A DNA stretch of 64,000 nucleotides from an uncultured Pseudomonadota bacterium (GCA_963847705.1 CAWKBC010000030.1:352001-416000); one strand, 5' to 3'. Shown: positions 20,300 to 29,459, counted from the first letter of the stretch. Notes: generated by a model not told the origin, from the sequence alone. Numbers and translations are program-made.

Positions 20300-20806
20300 A
20301 TGGGATATCGCTGTCGCTGTTGCGGTGTCTGGCACGAGGAGCGGCCAACGTGCTTCGGAGCAGACCTTCCAGCGGCTCTCTCTGAGCTCTCAGATCTCGA
20401 GTTCCGGAAGCGGGTCGAGAGCGGATCCGATCAGTGCATCCTCGATGGAAAGCATTTCTTCATCCTCGGGAACCTGGACCTCCCGATCCGAGGCTCTTCG
20501 GAGTTCATGAGATGGACCGTGTGGTCCACGCTGAGCGAAACCAACTTCGAACGATCGTCGGAGTTGTGGGACTCGCCCGGAAGAGAATCCGAGCCTCCCT
20601 ACTTTGGCTGGCTGAGCAACCAGATCCCGGGTTATCCCTCGTCGATCAACATCAAGGTCATGGTGCACACAGAGCCCGTCGGCATCCGGCCACGGCTTCG
20701 GGTCATCGAGGATGGACACCCGCTCTTCACCGATCAAGAAGGCGGCATTACGGAAGACCGTGCCGAAGAGTTGATTCATGCCTCCCTACACGGAGACGCC
20801 GGCTAA
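20300..20806 (+). CDS. Cassette 3: DUF2199-like protein
   Basis: CRCCGVWH, DQCILDGKHFFI, YFGWLSN, RP..HPL..DQ. Confidence 0.75.
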   Translation: MGYRCRCCGVWHEERPTCFGADLPAALSELSDLEFRKRVESGSDQCILDGKHFFILGNLDLPIRGSSEFMRWTVWSTLSETNFERSSELWDSPGRESEPPYFGWLSNQIPGYPSSINIKVMVHTEPVGIRPRLRVIEDGHPLFTDQEGGITEDRAEELIHASLHGDAG

Positions 20807-20884
20807 CATGGTGTTGCAGCGGCCGATCATCCTTCCTCGCTTCGCTCGGGCGGATGCTCGCCGCTGAACACCAGGACGTTGGAC
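20801..20884 (+). repeat. attC3 (84 bp)
   Basis: GGCTAAC ... GTTGGAC. Confidence 0.9.
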
Positions 20885-20893
20885 AGACGAGTG

Positions 20894-21229
20894 ATGAGCC
20901 CACCGGGTGACGCCCATTTTCGAGTGAGCGGGTTGCTCAAGCTTCAGAGCCGCCCCGGCGCATTTGTGTGCGGTGAGATCCTGGATGGTGAAGTGAAGCG
21001 GGGGATGGAGATCCTATGGCCGATTCACGGCAACGCGCTGACGATGCCCGTCGCAGTTCGCGACGTCGAGGTCATCGACTACGCACCGGGTGCGTCGGGA
21101 ATCGCACTGGGCGTTGGCTTCGACCAGAATGAGATTGAGAACGAGCAGCTTCTTCGAGACATTCTTGAAGTCGGGATGATCGTCACGATTCGGACGCCAT
21201 CGGTGTCGGGCTCTGCGGCCGCCGGGTAG
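20894..21229 (+). CDS. Cassette 4: hypothetical beta-barrel (EF-Tu domain-II-like)
   Basis: GAFVCGEILDGEVKRGM pattern; fills the cassette. Confidence 0.65.
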   Translation: MSPPGDAHFRVSGLLKLQSRPGAFVCGEILDGEVKRGMEILWPIHGNALTMPVAVRDVEVIDYAPGASGIALGVGFDQNEIENEQLLRDILEVGMIVTIRTPSVSGSAAAG

Positions 21230-21231
21230 CT

Positions 21232-21384
21232 GTCCAACAAGCCGTTGCAGCGGATGAACGCCTGCGCGGCTCGCTCGAGCGCGGGCCGTGCCGCGACGCC
21301 GCGGGCTGCGCCCGCGGCTCCTCGCGGCCGTGGTACGCTCGGACGCGACCTTGGCGTTCACCGCTGAACGGCAGGTCGTTATCC
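21232..21384 (+). repeat. attC4 (long type, 153 bp)
   Basis: GTCCAAC ... GTTATCC. Confidence 0.9.
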
Positions 21385-21393
21385 CGACGAGCG

Positions 21394-21693
21394 ATGCCTA
21401 GGTTCCGCGTGATGGTAAAGGGTGCGCCAGTGTTCCTGCTCGACGTGGATTCGCAGGAAACGCACCGCTTCGGTTTCTACACGACGCGGCTCGTGAAGGC
21501 GGCTACCGTCGACGACGCTGGACGCGCGGTGACTCGACTGGTATTGGACGAGTTCGCGACCCGAGGGACGAAGAATCCTCCGGACCAACCCATCAGCGTG
21601 AGGGTCGAGGAGGTCACCAAGGTGTCCTGGTGGGAAGCGGTGCGAGGGGGCCCCGGACGAGGGTTCACCTTCTATCCTGACGACGTATCCTGA
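21394..21693 (+). CDS. Cassette 5: hypothetical protein
   Basis: GFYTTR...GFTFY; fills the cassette. Confidence 0.7.
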   Translation: MPRFRVMVKGAPVFLLDVDSQETHRFGFYTTRLVKAATVDDAGRAVTRLVLDEFATRGTKNPPDQPISVRVEEVTKVSWWEAVRGGPGRGFTFYPDDVS

Positions 21694-21697
21694 AGCG

Positions 21698-21781
21698 GGA
21701 TAACATGCCGTTGCAGCGGACGATCACCCTTCCTCGCTTCGCTCGGGCGGGTGTTCGCCGCTGAACGGCAAATCGTTAGCC
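21698..21781 (+). repeat. attC5 (84 bp)
   Basis: GGATAAC ... GTTAGCC. Confidence 0.9.
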
Positions 21782-21797
21782 GGACGAGACGCGACTG

Positions 21798-22277
21798 ATG
21801 CCCCTCAAGTGGTTCGGAGTGAAGGTCTTGGTCCGCACGGACGCCGTGGGTAAGGCCCGCTCGCGCGATGCCCATCTCGACGTCGATGGCGCACTCGTCG
21901 AGGAACGCATCGTCGTAATCCGGTCCGCCACGGCCGAGCGCGCGGGGGAGAAGGCCAAGCGTATCGTCGCGAAGGAGACCCGACTTCGGTACACCAACGT
22001 CTACGGCCAGAAGATTCAGCTGCGTGTGCTGAAGGCGTGGCAATCGTATGAGCTTTTCGACCCGCCGAGTGAGGGTGCTGAGGTATTCTCCGACACTCAC
22101 CGAGTGCCCAAGACCATGTCAGAAAGTACGATCGCGGCGCGCTTCCTGTCGGCAAACATCACTCCGGCCGTGCGGCGCAGACGGGCCACGTTCATAGCCG
22201 CTAAGTTGACCGAGGCATTCAGGCCGCCGGCTAACAAGCCGTTGCAGCGGACGGGCCGGCGGCCGGCCCGCCGCTGA
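21798..22277 (+). CDS. Cassette 6: DUF4288-like protein
   Basis: KWF, EERIVVIRS..AE.A..KA, YTNVYG, GAEVFS; reads into attC6. Confidence 0.7.
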   Translation: MPLKWFGVKVLVRTDAVGKARSRDAHLDVDGALVEERIVVIRSATAERAGEKAKRIVAKETRLRYTNVYGQKIQLRVLKAWQSYELFDPPSEGAEVFSDTHRVPKTMSESTIAARFLSANITPAVRRRRATFIAAKLTEAFRPPANKPLQRTGRRPARR

Positions 22278-22294
22278 ACGGCAGATCGTTGGAC
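22229..22294 (+). repeat. attC6 (66 bp)
   Basis: GGCTAAC ... GTTGGAC. Confidence 0.9.
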
Positions 22295-22309
22295 AGACGC
22301 GGGTTGGAT

Positions 22310-23272
22310 GTGACATCGGGCGCGGAAAAGAAATGGAAGCGCTTCGAGGACCTGGCAGCCCAGATCCAGCGGAGCCTCGCTCCAGAATCGCGCGTCGAAC
22401 AGAACGTGCGCATGAAGGGCCGGGCAAGCGGGGTGGACCGCCAGATCGATGTCGCTGTGTGGACACAGGCCGGGCAGTTCGAACTCTTGGTTGTGATCGA
22501 CTGCAAGGACTACCAAGCCAAGGTCGATGTGAAGGATGTGGAGGCCTTCATCGGGTTAGTCAAGGATGTGGGGGCGAACAAGGGCGCCCTCGTCTCGGCG
22601 CTCGGCTACACGCAAGCCGCGAAGAATGTCGCCGACCAAGCCGGACTCAACCTCTACACCTTGGTCGATGCGGAATCAGAGGACTGGCCATCGTTCGTCA
22701 CGATGCCGGTCTTGGTAGACGATCGAACGATAGAAGCGGTCAGCTACACGGTTTCGTCGACCCAGTGGGGACGGTCTGGTCTCGATATCCGTGACATACA
22801 GAACCTTTCAGTGTTCAGGCGCGACGGAACACGAATCGGTCCCGTCAGAGACTTGGTCTCGAGGATGTGGAACGAGGACAGGCTTCCAAGGGAAGCAGGT
22901 GAGCATCACGACATTACCTTGGGTGACGAACCAACCTTCTTCCGGAGTGGCACCGACGTCTGGCCTGTCGAGCTGAAGGCCAGCATCCGAGTCTCGAGGA
23001 CGCTGTACTTCGGTCATCTGTCGCTCGTCAAAGTTCGGGGCTTCCAGGACGACATCAACGGAGGCATCCACACCAGATCGATCACCACCGACTGGCTAGT
23101 TTGGGAGAAAGTGAAAGAGACGTGGCAGGTTGTTCCCTCTGAGGACTCCCTTGCCGTGAAGCCCGCCATGATTCAATTCCTTGCAACCTACTATCCGCTG
23201 GAGGGAGAGCCTGAAGACGAGGGCGCTGTCCAACAAGCCGTTGCAGCGGACGGGGCTTCGCCCTGCCGCTGA
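22310..23272 (+). CDS. Cassette 7: Mrr_cat-type restriction endonuclease domain protein
   Basis: WKRFE, RQIDV, IDCKDY (PD-D/ExK), KDVGANKGALVS..GYT..A. Confidence 0.8.
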   Translation: MTSGAEKKWKRFEDLAAQIQRSLAPESRVEQNVRMKGRASGVDRQIDVAVWTQAGQFELLVVIDCKDYQAKVDVKDVEAFIGLVKDVGANKGALVSALGYTQAAKNVADQAGLNLYTLVDAESEDWPSFVTMPVLVDDRTIEAVSYTVSSTQWGRSGLDIRDIQNLSVFRRDGTRIGPVRDLVSRMWNEDRLPREAGEHHDITLGDEPTFFRSGTDVWPVELKASIRVSRTLYFGHLSLVKVRGFQDDINGGIHTRSITTDWLVWEKVKETWQVVPSEDSLAVKPAMIQFLATYYPLEGEPEDEGAVQQAVAADGASPCR

Positions 23273-23289
23273 ACGGCAGGTCGTTATGC
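23228..23289 (+). repeat. attC7 (62 bp)
   Basis: GTCCAAC ... GTTATGC. Confidence 0.9.
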
Positions 23290-23310
23290 AGATCGCGATG
23301 GTCATCGGGG

Positions 23311-23811
23311 ATGCGGGCTGAAGACATCACGAATGCGGCGCGACAGGCGATCGAGGCCGCGTTTCCAGCCTCGCCGCTGCCGACGGCGGAACAGATCCGC
23401 AATGACCACTGTCCGGAGTGCCGTGAGCTCGCTGCACGCTTCTCCGGTAGGCCGTGGCCGGAGCTCACCCTCGCCGATCTCTCAGGCAATCCGAGCCCTT
23501 CGCTGCTGACCACTGCAGCGTTCCGGTACTATCTGCCAGCGATGATGCTGCGGTCGATGGAGGGCCGCCGGGAGCTGGACTGCCTCCCGAGGTCTCTCGT
23601 CAGCGAGTTGTCTCCTGCCGGAGGCGAGCCGAGCGAGAATAGCCGCGACCGGCTGACGGGCTTCACCGGTAGCCAGGTGCTCGCGATCCTCGCGTTCCTG
23701 CGACACTTTGAGGCGAGCGAATCCGAGGAGGTGCTCGGCGACAAGAGCGGTCGGCGGGTCACCGCCCGCGCCATCAAATATTGGAGTGGCCTCGCGGGGG
23801 AGTCTGCATAA
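23311..23811 (+). CDS. Cassette 8: DUF6714-like protein
   Basis: IEAAFP, HCPEC, AFRYYLPAMM. Confidence 0.6.
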   Translation: MRAEDITNAARQAIEAAFPASPLPTAEQIRNDHCPECRELAARFSGRPWPELTLADLSGNPSPSLLTTAAFRYYLPAMMLRSMEGRRELDCLPRSLVSELSPAGGEPSENSRDRLTGFTGSQVLAILAFLRHFEASESEEVLGDKSGRRVTARAIKYWSGLAGESA

Positions 23812-23868
23812 CCGCGCGTTGCAGCGGACGGCGCTTGCGCGCCGCCGCTGAACGCGTGATCGTTAGAC
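23806..23868 (+). repeat. attC8 (63 bp)
   Basis: GCATAAC ... GTTAGAC. Confidence 0.9.
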
Positions 23869-23894
23869 GCACGGAGCACGACGTGGGCGAGAAG

Positions 23895-24380
23895 ATGTAC
23901 ACCGCGAAGGAAGGGTTCAGGACGATCGACCTCCTTCACTTCGGCCTCGACCACATCAAGGCGGCGCGCCTGCTGTTTGAGGCAAGCTACGAAACCTTCG
24001 ACTCAGCGGGCCACCTTGCGCACTTGGGGATCGAGCTCTTGCTGAAGGCGATCCTGCTGGATTCGAACGGCGAGTTCCCCAACCAGCACAGTCTTCTTAA
24101 GCTGGTCGAGGCTATCCGTGCTCACAGGCCAGGATTCCTGACGGGCGGGGATCTGGAGAGGATTCTCAAGCACCTTGATCCATTCGTCGTGCTTCGGTAT
24201 CCGGATGCAAAAGGATCGAAGAGCGTCGGCGATGAGGATTGGGACCAGATCGAGCGCTTACGTGATGCGACCATCGCGGAGATGCCGCAAGGTCTTAGGG
24301 ACGAGATTCGAAGGATCGATCCCACCAAGAAGGGCGGGCGGACGCTCATGGAGTTGCCGAAGGTGGGGTCGTCTACTTGA
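23895..24380 (+). CDS. Cassette 9: HEPN domain protein
   Basis: AHLGIELLLKA, HSLLKL, LRYP. Confidence 0.75.
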   Translation: MYTAKEGFRTIDLLHFGLDHIKAARLLFEASYETFDSAGHLAHLGIELLLKAILLDSNGEFPNQHSLLKLVEAIRAHRPGFLTGGDLERILKHLDPFVVLRYPDAKGSKSVGDEDWDQIERLRDATIAEMPQGLRDEIRRIDPTKKGGRTLMELPKVGSST

Positions 24381-24390
24381 AGTCGGCGGC

Positions 24391-24474
24391 ATCTAACCAC
24401 GCGTTGCAGGCGGACGATCGCCTTCCTCGCTTCGCTCGGGCGGCTGCTCGCCGCTGAACGCGAGATCGTTAGCC
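24391..24474 (+). repeat. attC9 (84 bp)
   Basis: ATCTAAC ... GTTAGCC. Confidence 0.85.
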
Positions 24475-24480
24475 AGACCA

Positions 24481-24936
24481 ATGCGAACGCCACATGAACT
24501 CGCAGATGCGGTCGCCTCGTTCGTGGACGCCAAGCGCAACGCACCATGCAGTCCTGACGAGTTAGCGTCGACCGAGCGGAGACTATGCATCACCTTGCCC
24601 GCGGATGCGCGCGCGTTCTACGAACAGATGAATGGAACGGCAGACATGACCGACGTCGATCATGGCCTCATCACGCTGTGGTCCCTCGACAAGTGGCAAC
24701 GGGTTGAAGATGAAGCGCCTCAGTACGCCCAGGGACATCTTGCGAACACCGTGGTCTTCGCCGATCATTCGTACTGGTGTTGGGCCTATGGAGCGCGATT
24801 CTCCGCCGAGACGCCCGATCGGATGGAAGTTGTCCTGGTGGCGAACGGTGCTCCTGTTCCGATCGCCGAAACATTCACCGACTTTGTCCAGATGGTGCTC
24901 TCTGGTGACCAGGCTCTATACGGGAAGGCTGGCTAA
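24481..24936 (+). CDS. Cassette 10: SMI1/KNR4 (SUKH) family protein
   Basis: E.RL.ITLPAD..AFY...NG, VFAD, IAETFTDF. Confidence 0.8.
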   Translation: MRTPHELADAVASFVDAKRNAPCSPDELASTERRLCITLPADARAFYEQMNGTADMTDVDHGLITLWSLDKWQRVEDEAPQYAQGHLANTVVFADHSYWCWAYGARFSAETPDRMEVVLVANGAPVPIAETFTDFVQMVLSGDQALYGKAG

Positions 24937-24992
24937 CCCGGCGTTGAACCCGACGGGCCTTCGGCCCGCGGGTTAACGCCACGACGTTAGCC
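24931..24992 (+). repeat. attC10 (62 bp)
   Basis: GGCTAAC ... GTTAGCC; core nearly identical to attC12. Confidence 0.9.
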
Positions 24993-25012
24993 AGACAGAA
25001 GGAACTGTTCCG

Positions 25013-25456
25013 ATGCGTGCGTTCTGGACCGTTCTCGTTCTTGCCATAGGCCTTTCAGGTTCGTCGAGGGCTGACGAGAAGCCCTACGCGCAGTTCGGGA
25101 CCGATATCGCGCGGGTGGAGTCAGGGGGCGTGTGGAAGACTGGCACGCAGTGGGGGCGATACCGAGCCGTTGTACGGCGCGGCTGCTCACCAGAACACTG
25201 CTATGACGATCTCTTCGTCGAGTGGATCGAGGTGATAGAAGGTGGTGGCTCGAAGGTTGTGGCCACGACACACGTCTCGGAGATCCCGGGATTGACTCAC
25301 GTCTCGGACGTGCGATTCCTGTTTCCGAAGAAGGGCACGGAACTGGAGGTTCAGCATGAAGGCGGCGATGGCGCTGACAAGTGGACGTTGTGCTTCGATC
25401 TCGGTCTCCCGGGGAAGTACACGACCAAGAAGGGGAAGTGCGAACGTGCTGGCTAA
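25013..25456 (+). CDS. Cassette 11: secreted hypothetical protein
   Basis: Signal peptide MRAFWTVLVLAIGLSGSSRA. Confidence 0.75.
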   Translation: MRAFWTVLVLAIGLSGSSRADEKPYAQFGTDIARVESGGVWKTGTQWGRYRAVVRRGCSPEHCYDDLFVEWIEVIEGGGSKVVATTHVSEIPGLTHVSDVRFLFPKKGTELEVQHEGGDGADKWTLCFDLGLPGKYTTKKGKCERAG

Positions 25457-25534
25457 CAAGGCGTTGCAGCGGATGATCGCCCTTCCTCGCTGCGCTCGGG
25501 CGGGCGCTCACCGCTGAACGCCAGGTCGTTATCC
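25451..25534 (+). repeat. attC11 (84 bp)
   Basis: GGCTAAC ... GTTATCC. Confidence 0.9.
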
Positions 25535-25544
25535 GGACGGACGC

Positions 25545-26090
25545 ATGCTCTTCGTCAGCACGAGACAATGTTTTCGGTATGGCGACCCTGGCTGGGACAG
25601 CTACGTCGCCTCGGTTGAGCTGCCGCATCTGCGCGAGGTCCGAACTATCGATGCGGGACTCAATAGATACGTCGATCAGTGCGGCTGCGTCTTCTGCGAT
25701 TCATCGGAAGTAGAGTCTGTGCTTGCGATGCTTCCGAACCCGACTGACGGTCGGGGGTATTATCTACTCGGCCAGTCGCTCGAGTCCGAAGGCGGTGGCG
25801 CTCCCGACGGTTTCGAGTTCCTGGGTTGCGATCTGAGCGACGAGACGATGACGTCATCGCTTCTGAACTGCGGTCCCTGGAAGGGTCGTCTCCGGCCACT
25901 CGTCAGCCGACTCAACTCGTACGGACTTCTCTCGATCGCCGATGCCCGCGAAGCCCAGAGACTCTTGCCACTCGAATGGGGAGCCGAGGAACCTCATGCA
26001 GCGGCAGATATCTGGGTACTCTACGGGCGAGGGGCGGGGACGCCGGATAACCCGGCGTTGAACCCGACGGGCCTTCGGCCCGCGGGTTAA
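25545..26090 (+). CDS. Cassette 12: hypothetical protein
   Basis: FEFLGCDL...SSLLNCG...LNSYGLL; reads through attC12. Confidence 0.75.
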   Translation: MLFVSTRQCFRYGDPGWDSYVASVELPHLREVRTIDAGLNRYVDQCGCVFCDSSEVESVLAMLPNPTDGRGYYLLGQSLESEGGGAPDGFEFLGCDLSDETMTSSLLNCGPWKGRLRPLVSRLNSYGLLSIADAREAQRLLPLEWGAEEPHAAADIWVLYGRGAGTPDNPALNPTGLRPAG

Positions 26091-26106
26091 CGCCATAGCG
26101 TTAGCC
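26045..26106 (+). repeat. attC12 (62 bp)
   Basis: GGATAAC ... GTTAGCC. Confidence 0.9.
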
Positions 26107-26116
26107 AGACAAGGGA

Positions 26117-26371
26117 ATGCGGATGCGAGTGGACGAGGCGGAGCAAGTATTCGCGATCGTGCGCGTCGACAAGTTCCAGGTTGCCGACGCGGCGGCGATC
26201 GATGACGAGACGTGGCCGGTTGTGATCACGGTGAAGGGCATCCTTCCTTCCAAGGAAGCTGCCATCGCCGAGACTGCTCGCCTGAACGCATTGAACGCGG
26301 AGAAGGGCTGCCTCTACTTCTGGCAAATGACGAGGTCACTGGCCGATCGGGCCGATGTAGACGCTGGCTAA
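26117..26371 (+). CDS. Cassette 13: hypothetical protein
   Basis: AIAETARLNALNAEKGCLYFWQ; stop in R''. Confidence 0.7.
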   Translation: MRMRVDEAEQVFAIVRVDKFQVADAAAIDDETWPVVITVKGILPSKEAAIAETARLNALNAEKGCLYFWQMTRSLADRADVDAG

Positions 26372-26519
26372 CAAGCCGTTGCAGCAGACGAACGCCACAC
26401 CTTTTCGCGCGAAGGCGGGCTGATGCCGCGACGCCGCGGGCTACGCCCGCGGCTCCTCGCAGCCGTGGTACGCTCCAAGACGACCCTGGCGTTCGCTACT
26501 GAACGGCAGGTCGTTAGCC
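26366..26519 (+). repeat. attC13 (long type, 154 bp)
   Basis: GGCTAAC ... GTTAGCC. Confidence 0.9.
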
Positions 26520-26528
26520 GTACTTCCT

Positions 26529-26753
26529 TCAGCGACGCGCGACGAAGTCGCGGACGTCCATTCCGATGTCTCGCGCGATCACCCGTAACAGTGTCGGCGA
26601 GATGTCCCTGCCGGGATGGAATGGAACCGTGGTCGCACGGCCGTCCGCATGACGGTACTGCCGGTGGGAGCCGCGTTGTCGAACTTCGAGGAACCCGAGG
26701 CGTTCCAGAATCCCGGCGACCTCACGGGGTTTGAGGACCGGAACGTCGCCCAT
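26529..26753 (-). CDS. hicA: Cassette 14: HicA toxin (inverted)
   Basis: LERLGFLEVRQRGSHRQYRHADGRATTVPFH. Confidence 0.9.
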   Translation of the reverse strand: MGDVPVLKPREVAGILERLGFLEVRQRGSHRQYRHADGRATTVPFHPGRDISPTLLRVIARDIGMDVRDFVARR

Positions 26754-26754
26754 T

Positions 26755-26964
26755 CTATGCGACCTTGACGGTCTGCGTCCCGATAAACTCCCCTTCTAGC
26801 TTGGGCTCGCCGTCCTCGAGAAGCATCGCGACGACCTCTTCGAGGTTCTTCCGTAACTCGTCGATGCTAGCGCCTTGCGAGTGCGCACCCGGCCATCCCG
26901 GGACATAGCCCACGAATAGACCCGTGCCGGGATCCCGCTCGATGACGGCCGTGAAGTTCCGCAT
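26755..26964 (-). CDS. hicB: Cassette 14: HicB antitoxin (inverted)
   Basis: FTAVIERD...VGYVPGWPGAHSQGASIDEL. Confidence 0.9.
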   Translation of the reverse strand: MRNFTAVIERDPGTGLFVGYVPGWPGAHSQGASIDELRKNLEEVVAMLLEDGEPKLEGEFIGTQTVKVA

Positions 26965-26972
26965 GAGGATCA

Positions 26973-27001
26973 AGGGTAGCGCGCGTGCAGACGGCTAACA
27001 A
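26973..27001 (-). promoter_or_regulatory. Putative hicBA promoter; -35 lies in the R'' box of attC14
   Basis: TTGTTA (27001-26996), 17 nt, TACCCT (26978-26973). Confidence 0.55.
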
Positions 27002-27146
27002 GCCGTTGCAGCGGATGAACGCCTGCGCGGCTCGCTCGAGCGCGGGCCGTGCCGCGACGCCGCGGGCTGGCGCCCGAGGCTCCTCGCGGCCGTGGTACGC
27101 TCGAACGCGAACCTGGCGTTCACCGCTGAACGGCAGGTCGTTAGCC
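26993..27146 (+). repeat. attC14 (long type, 154 bp)
   Basis: GGCTAAC ... GTTAGCC. Confidence 0.9.
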
Positions 27147-27264
27147 GGACGTGAGGCTCTGAAGTGATGATGAAACGCTGCTGTCATGTCGGAAGTGGAT
27201 TGGCCCTGCTTCCCTGATTGGTGCGACAGATGGCCGCTTATCGTGTTCCTCATGTTGGGCGATC

Positions 27265-27477
27265 ATGAAGACTGACGGTGCTCGAGCATTTCGGGCGGGT
27301 ATTGCCACAGGCGTCGCGATTCTTGCAGTCGTCTACTTCGCGCTGGGAAAGAAGGGCTGGCAGGTGTTCCGCATAGCGATGCTGCCACCTGCTCTCGGGA
27401 TGTTCTTCGCGAAGTTCTTCCCTTCGCTGACGCTCGAATCTGATTCCGGCGAAGCCAGTAGCGAGACTGCCGGCTAA
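27265..27477 (+). CDS. Cassette 15: small membrane protein
   Basis: Two hydrophobic stretches; stop in R''; about 120-nt leader. Confidence 0.55.
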   Translation: MKTDGARAFRAGIATGVAILAVVYFALGKKGWQVFRIAMLPPALGMFFAKFFPSLTLESDSGEASSETAG

Positions 27478-27625
27478 CAAGCCGTTGCAGCGGATGAACG
27501 CCTCTCGCTCTGCTCGAACGCATGCTCGTGCCGCGACGCCACGGGCTGCGCCCGCGGCTCCTCGCGGCCGTGGTACGCTTGGGCGCGACCGTCGGCGTTC
27601 ACCGCTGAACGGCAGATCGTTAGCC
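27472..27625 (+). repeat. attC15 (long type, 154 bp)
   Basis: GGCTAAC ... GTTAGCC. Confidence 0.9.
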
Positions 27626-27635
27626 ACACGTGTCG

Positions 27636-28025
27636 ATGCTCAGTCTCAAGTCATCGAACTCGGACGCGGCGGTCACCTTTTCCGAGGTGGATGGAGACCA
27701 CTTTCGGGTGTCGGTGGTCGCACCCGATCATTCCGTTTCCCGAGTCGTATACGCATACACCGACGCGTTCGGCGTCGCTGATCTGTTCACGCAGGCCGCT
27801 CAGGAGTGGAAGGGCTGGGACGGCGCCAAGGTCTGGCAGTCCATCGAGGGCGAGTTGCAACTGGGGCTCAGCCACGATCGTCGTGGTCACGTGACGCTTC
27901 GCGTTCGGATCTGCTCCGACCGGGGCGGCGCGGACTCATGGCAGCACGAGGCTGACATTGGGTTGGACGCCGGCCAATTGGAAACCCTCGCACTCGGAGC
28001 CAAGACCCTGTGGGCCGGTGGCTAA
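27636..28025 (+). CDS. Cassette 16: DUF6228-like protein
   Basis: WKGWDGAKVWQSIEGELQL...DRRGHV. Confidence 0.7.
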   Translation: MLSLKSSNSDAAVTFSEVDGDHFRVSVVAPDHSVSRVVYAYTDAFGVADLFTQAAQEWKGWDGAKVWQSIEGELQLGLSHDRRGHVTLRVRICSDRGGADSWQHEADIGLDAGQLETLALGAKTLWAGG

Positions 28026-28103
28026 CAAGCCGTTGCAGCGGACGGGCGCGTCGGTCGCTTCGCTCCCTCGTGCGCCCGCCGCTGAACGGCAGTATCGTTC
28101 GGC
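28020..28103 (+). repeat. attC16 (84 bp)
   Basis: GGCTAAC ... GTTCGGC. Confidence 0.9.
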
Positions 28104-28112
28104 AGACAGTGG

Positions 28113-28367
28113 ATGAACGGACCGGAGCCACAGTCCGATGACGAGATGTGGGTCGCTCTCCGGGCGACGAACCCCGTCCGTTCTCTGATCGCGCTGGTCG
28201 AGGAATGGAAGGCGAACGGCTGCACGAAGGAATTCGCCGAGCGCCGCCTGACTGGGTTCCTCGACGAAGTGATGGCCCATGGCGACGCCGATCAAGATGA
28301 TCCTGTGCGCGACGTCCTGGACCTCGTGGCCGGGTATTGCAGTCCTCACGCGAAGCTCTTTCCGTAA
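28113..28367 (+). CDS. Cassette 17: small acidic helical protein
   Basis: DDPVRDVLDLVAGYCSPH C-terminus; fills the cassette. Confidence 0.7.
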   Translation: MNGPEPQSDDEMWVALRATNPVRSLIALVEEWKANGCTKEFAERRLTGFLDEVMAHGDADQDDPVRDVLDLVAGYCSPHAKLFP

Positions 28368-28372
28368 TCGCT

Positions 28373-28526
28373 GCCGAACCCGCCGTTGCAGCGGATGAAC
28401 GCCTGCGCGGCTCGCTCGATCGTAGGCCGAGCCGCGACGCCGCGGGCTGGCGCCCGCGGCTCCTCGCGGCCGTGGTACGATCGCAGGTCCGTTCGGCGCT
28501 CACCGCTGAACGGCAAAACGTTGGGC
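28373..28526 (+). repeat. attC17 (long type, 154 bp)
   Basis: GCCGAAC ... GTTGGGC. Confidence 0.9.
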
Positions 28527-28542
28527 AGACGGGCCAGGCTCC

Positions 28543-28977
28543 TTGAGTTCCGATGACTACGACGATCCCGCGCTAGAAGCCCGTTGGCTCGCTCAGCAGC
28601 GCGGCAACGTGGAGCGGTACCTTGAGACCGAAAGCGTTCGCCACGGCGGCGTGGACGCCGATTGCAGCTGGTACGTTGCTCCATACGTCTCGGTCTGGAT
28701 CGTGCGGTCGCTGGCGAGGTTGGGCTCAGTCGGGTGGTGGGCCATTAGCGGAGATCTTCCGACCGACTACCTAAGCGGCGGTGATGCAACCGACGCTCGG
28801 AGTGCGCTGCGCGCGTTTGCTCGACGCTGGCGAGAGGTCGCAGAGTACATGCGCCGCGGTGAGGACCACCCCGACATGAGCGTGGGGAATCCCGAGAACA
28901 AGACAGAACTGGGCGAACTTCTCCGGCGACGGGCCGAGATCATTCAGGAGTTCGTGAGTGACGACAGTCTGTGGTAG
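28543..28977 (+). CDS. Cassette 18: DUF4826-like protein
   Basis: PYVSVW, GWWAISGDLPTDY, DDSLW. Confidence 0.75.
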   Translation: MSSDDYDDPALEARWLAQQRGNVERYLETESVRHGGVDADCSWYVAPYVSVWIVRSLARLGSVGWWAISGDLPTDYLSGGDATDARSALRAFARRWREVAEYMRRGEDHPDMSVGNPENKTELGELLRRRAEIIQEFVSDDSLW

Positions 28978-28983
28978 CGCGCT

Positions 28984-29044
28984 GCCCAACCCGGAATTGC
29001 AGCGGGCGGGCTGCGCCCGCCGCTGAATTCCAGTATCGTTAGAC
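28984..29044 (+). repeat. attC18 (61 bp)
   Basis: GCCCAAC ... GTTAGAC. Confidence 0.9.
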
Positions 29045-29053
29045 GGATTCCAG

Positions 29054-29311
29054 GTGACGAAGCTGCGAAAGGTGTCATTGGCCGTCGGAGCGGTGGGTTC
29101 AATCCCCGTCGTCTTCTTGGTGGCGTGGGGTTACTTCGACGCAATGGTCCGGTCGGAGTACGCGTCGGGGGCTCGCACGTCTACAGACGGCGACTCAATC
29201 ATCATCCCCGTTGTCGGCGTGACCGCGGCCTGGATCGTTCTCGTGGTCGTCGCGCTCGGGATCTTCGGAATCGTCGTTCTCCTTCGGAAGCGTCCGCGAA
29301 GCACCGTCTAA
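29054..29311 (+). CDS. Cassette 19: two-TM membrane protein
   Basis: Two hydrophobic helices, DGDSI loop, basic tail; stop in R''. Confidence 0.7.
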   Translation: MTKLRKVSLAVGAVGSIPVVFLVAWGYFDAMVRSEYASGARTSTDGDSIIIPVVGVTAAWIVLVVVALGIFGIVVLLRKRPRSTV

Positions 29312-29459
29312 CAAGCCGTTGCAGCAGCCGAACGCCACGTCCGTCCGCTCGCGGGTGGGCTCACGCCGCGACGCCGCGGGCTGCGCCCGCGGCTCCTCGC
29401 GGTCGTGGTACGCTCCGAGGGGACCCTGGCGTTCGCTGCTGAACGGCAGGTCGTTGGAC
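29306..29459 (+). repeat. attC19 (long type, 154 bp)
   Basis: GTCTAAC ... GTTGGAC. Confidence 0.9.

Noticed and set aside
26985-27781. ORFs such as MQTANKPLQRMNACAAR and MQRMNASRSAR
   Set aside because: Translations of the long attC repeats with no independent coding evidence
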